Both the position numbers and the translations under genes were made by a program. A stretch of DNA of 64,000 bases from contig MCFH01000045.1 in NCBI GenBank assembly GCA_002104945.1, forward strand, positions 186,001 through 250,000, written 5' to 3'. Below the pieces are notes generated by a model, which searched no databases, was not told the DNA's origin, and saw nothing but the letters and a program-made list of their open reading frames with translations. This DNA is from Piromyces finnis finn. Its lineage: Eukaryota > Fungi > Neocallimastigomycota. Within the stretch, counting starts at the first letter, position 1. Each line of letters starts with the position of its first letter. Positions 54,856-64,000 of this stretch are shown here, piece by piece.

Positions 54856-56091
54856 TTTAGTCTTCCATTTAAAAAAAAAAAAAAACAGCTTTATTTAATT
54901 CCTTTAATATTTAATTTTTTTTATATATATATTTATATCGAAAAAATAAATTTATTTAAAGAAATAACAAAAAATTAAAATTACAAATAAAAATGTAAAT
55001 AAATATCCCATTATTATATACACAAATTTAAAATTAATAAATTGGGTAGTATAAAATAATAAAAATAGTAAATAAATAAAACAAAGGTTAATTAATTTAT
55101 ATAGTAAGAATAATAATAGAATGAGAGTTGGCGTTCAAACAGAATATATCATTTCTATGATAAATTTTTATATTTTAATAAATATATATATAATATATAT
55201 ATATTTTGTAAAGTTGGTCAATGAGGATTATACTTTATGTTAAGAGAATATATATCAAGTAATTTTTGATATTCTTTTATAAATAAAACCTTTGCATTAT
55301 CAAAGTTAACATTAGAATTCTCTTCAAAAGTAGGATCATCGAAATAAAAATAAAAAAAAAGTACAGTCTTTTATTACTATTGTTAATAAAATACCATTAT
55401 TTTATAATAAAATATTACTGAAAAGTTTATAAATTATTATATATCATTCAATGATTACTAGTAGAAGTAGTAATAGTAGTAGTAGTAGTAGTAGTTATAA
55501 TAATAGTAGTTAAAAATAATTTTTTTTTTTTTTTTTTTATTATTATTTATTGATAATAAGGTTTTAAATAATTTTTTCATAGGTTAAATATTAATTTAAA
55601 TTATAAGAATTCTTTATCTTTCATATATTTTTAATATAATTTTCCTTTGTAAAAAAAAATAGTATTAATAAAGAAAAAGAAGTTATTACACTTTAATAAT
55701 TCAGAAAAATAGTATTAATAACAATCAATAAAATAAAAATACAATAATCATATCATCCTAAAGATTAAAGAATTATTTTCATTAATACTAATGAATTTTT
55801 TAGCAACAAAACCTTTACTACCACAAACTAATTTTATATATAATAAATCAAATTTATTTTATTCAACAAAGGTCAATATATAAACATTTTATTATTTTTT
55901 TTTAAGTTTAATACAATAATATTATTATTTTGAAGTTAATATTTCATTTTTTATAAAATTTTATTTGAGTGATAAACCATTTATCAAATATTTCTCTACT
56001 AACTATATATATACATATTCAATATAAATATAAAATTTAACTAAAATAATGATAAATAAAATAGTTATTAATTAATAATTTGAACCGAGAC

Positions 56092-58132
56092 ATACACTAT
56101 TTAAAAAAATTACCTAAAAGACAAAAAAGTCCAGAAACTTGTTGTCCATCAGTTAAAGAAGGTCAAAAATTTATAAACCCTGTTAGTTTTATTTTAATAA
56201 TATTAGGAAAAAAAAAGTTTTTTTTTTTTTAATCAATAAATATAAATGTTTTATTTATATATAAATATAAAAAAAAACCTTTTTTTTTGTTATATCACAA
56301 TATAAAGTAATGATTTAAACTTTAATATTAATAAATATAACTGAAATAAGACTAAAAATTATATATATAATATATATATTATATACATTATATTATTAAT
56401 ATAATAAATAATGATAAAATAAAAAAAAGTGGCCTTCTGCAACTATACATGAAAAATCATCAAATTCACCCAATTTTTTCTTCGGAATATTTAATGAATA
56501 TATTAAAAATTCATTTGTTATTAAACCAAAAAACCAAAAATTAAAAGTGGACCTTGATCTTAAAACTATCCATGACTATCAAGAAAACGAAAAAAATGTT
56601 GCGATGCAATTAACATGGCTTGGTCATGCAGCTATTTTATTACAAAGTAATTTATAAAAAATATTAATTAAAAATAAATATATAAAATATTAAATAAAAA
56701 TTATATTTATTAATAAATATATAATTTATAGTAAATTCATTTACTATTTTATTTGATCCATTTTTATCAAATAGGTAATAATAATAATACAACAAAACTA
56801 ATTTTAATTGAATTAAAAAAAAATTAAACTTAAACAAAAAAAAAACTTTATTATTAAACATGGCATAATAGAGCTTCACCATTTGGATTTATTGGACCCT
56901 ACCGTTGTAGAGAAAGAGGATTTAAAAGTTTTTCTGAATTACCACAAATTGATTTTGTAGTCATAAGCCATAATCAGTTTGTATTAAAAAAATTATACAT
57001 AAAAATACATATATATTTATATTATTAGATAATTCGATTATTATAGATTTATATATTAATTAAAATAATATTTCCTAGTTATGATCATTTAGATAAAACT
57101 ACAATTAAAGAAATTTATGCTGAAAGAAAAAATAGTAAGCATACAAAAATCATCTGTCCTCTTGGTTTAAAAAAATGGTTTGTTCGATTAGACATTTCAA
57201 AGGAACAGATCACAGAATGTGACTGGTGGGATGATATTGAAGTTAGTAAAATTGAAGATGACATTAAAGTAGATGATTCTAATGCTCTTCAAGAAGCCTT
57301 ATCTTTAGCTAATAAAAAAATTACTATATCCGCTGTACCTTGTCAACATTTTAGTGGTCGTAATATTTTTGATATGGGTAAGTCACTTTGGAATGGTTGG
57401 GTTGTTAAAAGTCAGGATGCCTCTTATTACTTTGCTGGGTAAGAGTTTTTATTCTTATTAAGGAATAAAAAATAAGTTTAGATAAATTAATAAAGACATA
57501 GGAAATAAAACTTAAATTATCATAAATTTTATAGTGATACAGGCTATCGTTCTATTCCAGATAACTGTTCAGAAGAAGATATTGAAAAATATCCATTTTG
57601 TCCAGTTTTTCAACAAATTGGTATCATTCATGGGCCATTTGATTTAGCCTCTATTCCAATAGGGCCGGTTATGCCTGTAGGAATGATGAGTCCAATTCAT
57701 GCTTCAGCAAATGTAATATAAATATAAGATTTAAATTTTTTCGATAATAATACGATAATAAATAAATTATAAAATAAAATAATAGGACTCAGTTAATATT
57801 CATATTGATTGTAAATCTAATCATTCTGTAGCTATTCATTGGGGTAATTCTTCATATAATAATAAGTATTATTAGTAAAATCCATCTATCATATTAACCT
57901 TTTTTTTTTTTTAAAAAAAATTATACTCTATTTTTTTTACTACTTTATTTTATTTCAATTTTACATTCTTTTTATTAAAAATATAGGAACAGTAGAAAAT
58001 CTTGGAATTGATAATATTGAATATGGTCCAAGTGAGCTTCACACTGAATTAAAAAAGAAAAATATTTCCAAAGAACAATTTCATGAAATGTATATTGGAC
58101 AAATTATTAAGATAGAGAAAAAAAAAAATTGA
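56092..58132 (+). CDS. NAPE-PLD/Fmp30-like phospholipase D, copy 3; homologous start codon is ATA rather than ATG, otherwise intact
   Basis: ATA CAC TAT TTA AAA AAA TTA CCT (IHYLKKLP) aligns with M-x-x-IKKLP of the paralogs. All 8 exons splice in frame with SHNHYDHLD, PCQHFSGR, AGDTGY and IHWGT. TGA at 58130-58132. Confidence 0.8.
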
Positions 58133-60749
58133 AAATAAATTAACCCATCTACCTATAGTAACGGCGGGTTTAAAAATACAATATTATTTTCTACATATCA
58201 AATAAAGTTAAAGATGAATCTTATTTATTTATGGGTATATAACATTTTTAATGTGATATCACCTGATCTATAATTTATATCTCCATTTTAAAAAATTTAT
58301 TAATAAAGAATATTCTTAAAATGTTTGGTTTGTCATCCCTACATAAATCAAGGTCATTGGTTAAAAAATACCTTTAGAAACTCTTAGAAACTTTACTATA
58401 ATTTTTTTTTTTAATATTCATAAAACTTTTAAAGACAAAACTTTATTTGATATAAAATAAATAATAGTTTAGATTCAAATTTTCTTTTTTGCTTAACACA
58501 AGTTTTTTCTAATGATAAAAACACACACAAAAAAAAACTTTTTTAATATCATTTTTTTATATAAAAAAGGATCTAAAATTATGGTTTTATTCAAGCTTAA
58601 AGAAGAATTATTATTCTTTTTCTTTAGCATATGAAATTTTAAAAAAAATTTTTTTAATTAAATCTTTATTATTTTGGAAAATTTTCTGAGCTTATTTTTA
58701 TTATTAGTCATAATGATTATTATTAATATTATTATTACTTGTTTTTTTATTTATTATATAATATTATTATTTGTGATATCTTCTTTTATACAGAGGCTTC
58801 ACTTTTACTTTTATTTTTGTGGAATGAATTTCCCCATAAAAATTTGTTTTCTTAGTAAATTACTTCCTTCTGATTTTGTTTCAAATTATTGGCTTTTAAT
58901 GTTTATTTTTTAATTTACCACCACAAAAAAAAAAGACAGGAAACTTTAATATTAATTAAAAAGAATAGACAATCATAAAAAGAATCTTAATTATAAAACA
59001 AAAACATTAAAATAATAATAAATAAGATTATTAAATATAAAATTATATGATTATATTGTAATATATAATAATAATGCTATTTTATTCTAATATTATCATA
59101 TATTGCAACATATATTATTTTTACAGGTGATTCTATGTTCAATTTATTAAAATCATGTTATTTTTTTTAATATATTTATATTTATTAATATGATGGAAAT
59201 TACAACTAATGGATCTATTACAATAATATATGTTCTAAGTATTATAGTATTATATATAATTATATAAACAAAATATAATAGGTACTTCATGAGAGAATAA
59301 AAACTTTAATGAATAATAAATAAATATTTGTGTTACAAAAGAAAAACATAAAACCATATTTAATATATTCTATATTTCATTGGATTGGACAGTTGAACCA
59401 ATACCTTCCATAAAATATCCATTTTATATATAATAAAGTTTTATTGTTGCATTTTTAATTAAACTTGTTTTTTTTTAAAAAAATAATTTTTAATAAAAAT
59501 AGAGATAATTGTAAAAAAATTAATTTATTTTTATTAATAAATTTCACCTTAATAATTTCCTGTTTTGGCAATGATGCTTCTCTTTAATAGAATAATTTTA
59601 TTATTATAATAAAACAGATTCATAGTAGTTTATAGTATGAAAATAATATACAAAAATTTTATTAAAAATATAATCATTAAATATATTATAATATATTGCA
59701 ACTATCTTTATTTTTTTTTTTGGTATTTCAATACGTAGGAATGAGAAAAGAAAAGAGTTAATAGGTATTAATACTTTTCTCTATAATTTGTTATTATTAT
59801 TATTAGTTGTATTGAGTATTTTGATCATATACCTTTGGTATTATTACCTTTTTTTTTTTTAATAAAAATATTAAAAATATTTCATTATTTTTAGTGCTGC
59901 TCTTATAACAAATGAATTTTTTTTATTATTTAGTTTAATAAATTTTATAAAGTAATTAAAATAATATATTAATTATTTTTGATATAAATATAATAAAATT
60001 TTCTTTTTTTTTTTTTCTATTTTAATTTTTTTTTCTTTTAATATTTAAAACTTTTTTTTTTTATTTCTTTGGTTCATTTAGAAGAATAGTTTTTTTTTCT
60101 ATGTAAAATAGTTCAATAGTTCAATTAGTATATATATTATTTATAAATAATATCTTAATATCATAATAATTATATTTAAATAATAATATTTTTATTATGT
60201 AAAAAAAAAAAAAAAAAAAGTAAACTGAGTTTAATAATTCAAAGTATTGAGTACAATAAAGGAAAAAAAATAAAAGGAACCAAACTCCATTTTAATATAT
60301 ATAATTTTTATATGAATAATTTACAATATTAAAGTTATATGTAACCTTTTTCATTTAGAATAATAAAAATAATAGTAATTAATGAAAAGGCTTTTTTATA
60401 AAAAAAACAAAAAACAATATTTGAATTAAAGGATACAGTAGATATAAATAAAAATAAAATAATAAAAAAAAAAAAAAATTTATAAAATAATAATTTTGAT
60501 AATTATTAATATTTGAAGTTAATTATATATATATATATTTTCAAATTAAAGCGTTTTTCATTCCATAATATATATAATATTTTAATATTCAAAAAAAAAA
60601 AAAAAATAGAATTTCAAAAATTATATAATTATTAACAATTATTATATCTATATATAAAATTCAATAAGCAATTAAATAACTAATAGAATTTTGATAGAAA
60701 TAAAAAATAATTAATTATCTTATTAAAAAGCAAAAAAATAAAAACAAAA

Positions 60750-62511
60750 ATGAATTATATTAAAAAATTACCCAAAAGGGAAGAAAAATTACAAAATTGT
60801 TGTACTTCCAAAAAAAAAGCTTGCAAATATGTTGACCCAGTAAATATTAATAAAAATAAAAATAAATTTATATATATATGAAATTTATTTAGAGAAATAT
60901 TAATTTTGTATATATATATATCTTATTTTTTTCATTTAGTGGCCTTCACATAGATACAGAAAGGGAAAAAGAATTATCAACTTTTTGAAAACTTTAAAAG
61001 CTATGACTTTTTCATTTGTTGCACAAGAAAAAAATAAGCGTTTAAAAGTAAATGTTGATTTAAAAAAGATAAATAGTTATAATGAAGACAATACCAACGA
61101 TGTCCAGTTAACATGGCTTGGTCATTCTGCCTTTTTATTACAAAGTAAGTACTGTTGTTTTATTTTTTTAAAAAAGTAGAGAAAAAAAAATTAAATAAAA
61201 TTTTTAAAATAACTTTTTCAAAATTAAAAAAAAAAAAAAGTGAATGGTTTTAATATTCTTATTGACCCACTTTTACACAAAAGGTAAATAAATAGTTTTA
61301 AATATTACTAATATAGGATATATAAAATATATAATTTCGTAACTAATATCTATTTTTTTTTTTTTTTTATAATAGAGCTTCACCTTTAAAATTTGTTGGA
61401 CCATATCGTTGTAAAGATAGGGGATTTAAAAGTTTTGCAGAACTTCCAGCAATAGATGTTATTCTTATTACACATAATCAGTAAGTATTGAAAATAATAA
61501 TATTATTTAATATCAAAACTACTTTTTTAATTATTAATAAACTATACCTTAATTAAATTTTATATATATAGCTATGATCATTTAGATAGACCAACTATAA
61601 AGGAAATATTCCGTGAGAAGAAAAATAAAAAATGTCAAATTATTTGTCCTATGGGTATTAAAAAATGGTTTCGTAGAAAGTTATTGAGAATACCTTCAAG
61701 ACAAATTCATGAAGCCGATTGGTGGGATGATTTCGAATTAACTCGACTTCCAACAGAATTTAAAGATAAGGATTTATTAGAAAAAGCTGTAGCTACTTCG
61801 AAAGATAAAATTGTTTTATCATGTGTCCCTTGTCAACATAATTCAGGTCGTTCAATCTTTGATCAAAATAAAACATTATGGTGTGGTTGGGTTGCTAAAG
61901 ATCAAAAGTATTCAATATACCATGCTGGCGATACTGGTTATCGTTCAACACCTAATAAAATTACTGAAGAAGATCTTGAAAAATACCCATATTGCCCTGC
62001 ATTTAAGCAAATTGGAGAGGTTCATGGTCCATTTGACTTAGCTTGTATACCTGTTGGACCAGTATATCCAGCTAGTATTATTAGTCCAGATCATGCCAAT
62101 GCGAATGTAAATATTTTTAAAATGTATATATAATTTTTTTTTATTAATAAGTTAAAAGGAATAAAATTAACATTTTTATTTTATTGTATGCTATTATCAT
62201 AGGACGCTGTAAATATTCATATTGATTGCCAATCAAAACATTCTGTTGCTATGCATTGGGGTAATTTATTTTATTTAAATCTAATATTTTTAAATAATGA
62301 AAGATGAAAGAAACAAATGGAAAGACATTATAATAATATTAATTATTTATTTGTGTTTTATATAAAATTATTTATAGGTACAGTAGAATATCTTGGTTTA
62401 GATAATATTAAATATGGACCAGAAGAACTTCATAAAGAATTAGAAAAAAGATCAATTCAATCAGAGGAATTTCATGAAATTTATATAGGTGAAATGGTTA
62501 TATTGGAGTAA
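60750..62511 (+). CDS. NAPE-PLD/Fmp30-like phospholipase D, copy 4 (most divergent)
   Basis: MNYIKKLPKREEKLQNCC...YVDP|WPS...TWLGHSAFLLQ|MNGFNILIDP...|RASP...THNH|YDHLD...ADWW...PCQHNSGR...YHAGDTGY...MHWG|T...GEMVILE*. Confidence 0.9.
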
Positions 62512-62580
62512 ACAAAAATAACAATAAATAATAATAATATTATTATTATTTATTTAACAAATTATTAAAAATACAAAATT

Positions 62581-62619
<39 letters not shown>

Positions 62620-64000
62620 TCATTTTAAGAAAATAGATAAATTATAATGAATAATAATATTTTCTCTATGATTATTAACAATCATTAATATACCTTAATT
62701 AAAATAGAAAAAGAAAAAAGGGGAAATTTTATAATAATAAATGAAATAAAACATTTATATTTTATTCATTTAGGTATTATTGATTTTCTTTTATGCATTC
62801 TTTCTTTTAACATTAATATTATTATTCCAATATCTATCTTAAAAGGCAATACTAATAACAAAAATAAATTTACAATAATTAAAATACAATTTATTATTAA
62901 ATTAGTTAATAAAAAAAATTTACAAATAAACAAAACCAATAAATCAATAAATCAATATTGACAGAAAACAGAAATAATAATAAAGTATAGATCAACCACC
63001 ATTTAATATATATAATAAATAAGAAATAAATAATAAAAAATTAAATCGTGGAATTGATTATATATACAAAACTAAACGACAATTTTTTTCTTTATGATTT
63101 ATAAAAACTTTTTTTTAAATATTATTTAAAAAAGTTTATATAAAGTTATTAAAAAAAAGAAAAGAAAGAAATTTAAATTTTGTAAAGAGAACAATTCCAA
63201 AACAGAATTTTCTCCTCTCTTCATAAATTTATTTTTCTACAAATTAAAAAAAAAAAATACAAAAAAGCAAATTAACTAAAAATAAACAAAAGACAAGTAA
63301 TAATTTCTTTTTTTTTTTTTTTTAATGTAAGCACATTAACATTCATTTTTCTTTTTTATATGTATATTACACAAAAAAAAAAAAAAAAAAAAAAGAAAAG
63401 AAAGAATAAAAAAAAAAATTTAAAGTAATACTTATCCAAAAAAAAAAAAAAAAAAAAGGATATAATTTTAAAAATATATAATTATATATTAATTTTATCC
63501 ATTATTAATTTGTTATTAATTATTAATTTGTTATTAGTATTCAAAACAAATAAAAAAATATTCAATATTTTATATTCATATAATAGTAGTAATAATACTT
63601 TTATTTCATAGATATATTATTCATATAGATTATTAAAAAAAAAAATTAATATCAAAAATATTATCGTTTAAAAAATTAAAAAAAATTATATATATATAAA
63701 AAAAATATAAAATATAAAATAATAAATATACAGTTTATATAATAAAATAAAAATATAAAATAATGAGAAGTTTATTTTTTAAATTTATTTTTATTTTTAT
63801 TTATGTAGTTATTTTTTTTTTTACAAATAATTTAATAAATTTTTAAATAAAGTATAATAGAATATTGGAAATATCCTTTATCTATTTTTTTTTTTTTGTT
63901 ATTTAATATATTTTGTTATTACTTTAGTTATAACTTTTAACAAAATATATTATTTCTATAGATAAGATTGTATCTGAAATAAATCAAAAAAAAAAAAAAA

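Noticed and set aside
58141-58172. AACCC...GGGTT stem with an internal CTATAG just after NAPE-PLD copy 3
   Set aside because: Only a 5-bp stem, with no second copy and no Helitron or MITE terminal context found.
62582-62617. Long poly-A after NAPE-PLD copy 4 as a retrocopy tail
   Set aside because: The gene retains most introns and no flanking TSD was seen. Poly-A runs are ubiquitous in this window.

Overview
Extremely AT-rich, intron-rich eukaryotic DNA with short GT-AG introns and long poly-A/T and microsatellite spacers. A fungal chitin-synthase chaperone (CHS7), a flagellar gene (CFAP57), bacterial-type intronless enzymes and a solute-binding-protein/class C GPCR fusion together point to an anaerobic gut fungus (Neocallimastigomycota); this is inferred, not proven. 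Genes in order: 3' end of an unknown gene, Pat/YncA-like GNAT (-), SRSF4/5/6-type SR protein (-), MSP1/ATAD1 (-), N-acylated stathmin-like protein (+), a polyA/TSD-bounded retro-insertion, CFAP57 (+), STN1/RPA2-like OB-fold protein (-), a 1228-aa low-complexity orphan (-), MtnU-like nitrilase/omega-amidase (-), a PAS-domain eIF2-alpha kinase (-), CHS7 (-), and four NAPE-PLD-like paralogs (+) with an SBP-7TM receptor between copies 2 and 3. The most interesting signals only appear after manual splicing: the PAS + eIF2-alpha kinase fusion, a fungal stathmin/STMND1-like protein, the NAPE-PLD array with its nested receptor, a TPRT-type retro-insertion and a candidate poison exon in the SR gene. 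All exon models were derived by eye, and no database searches were run.
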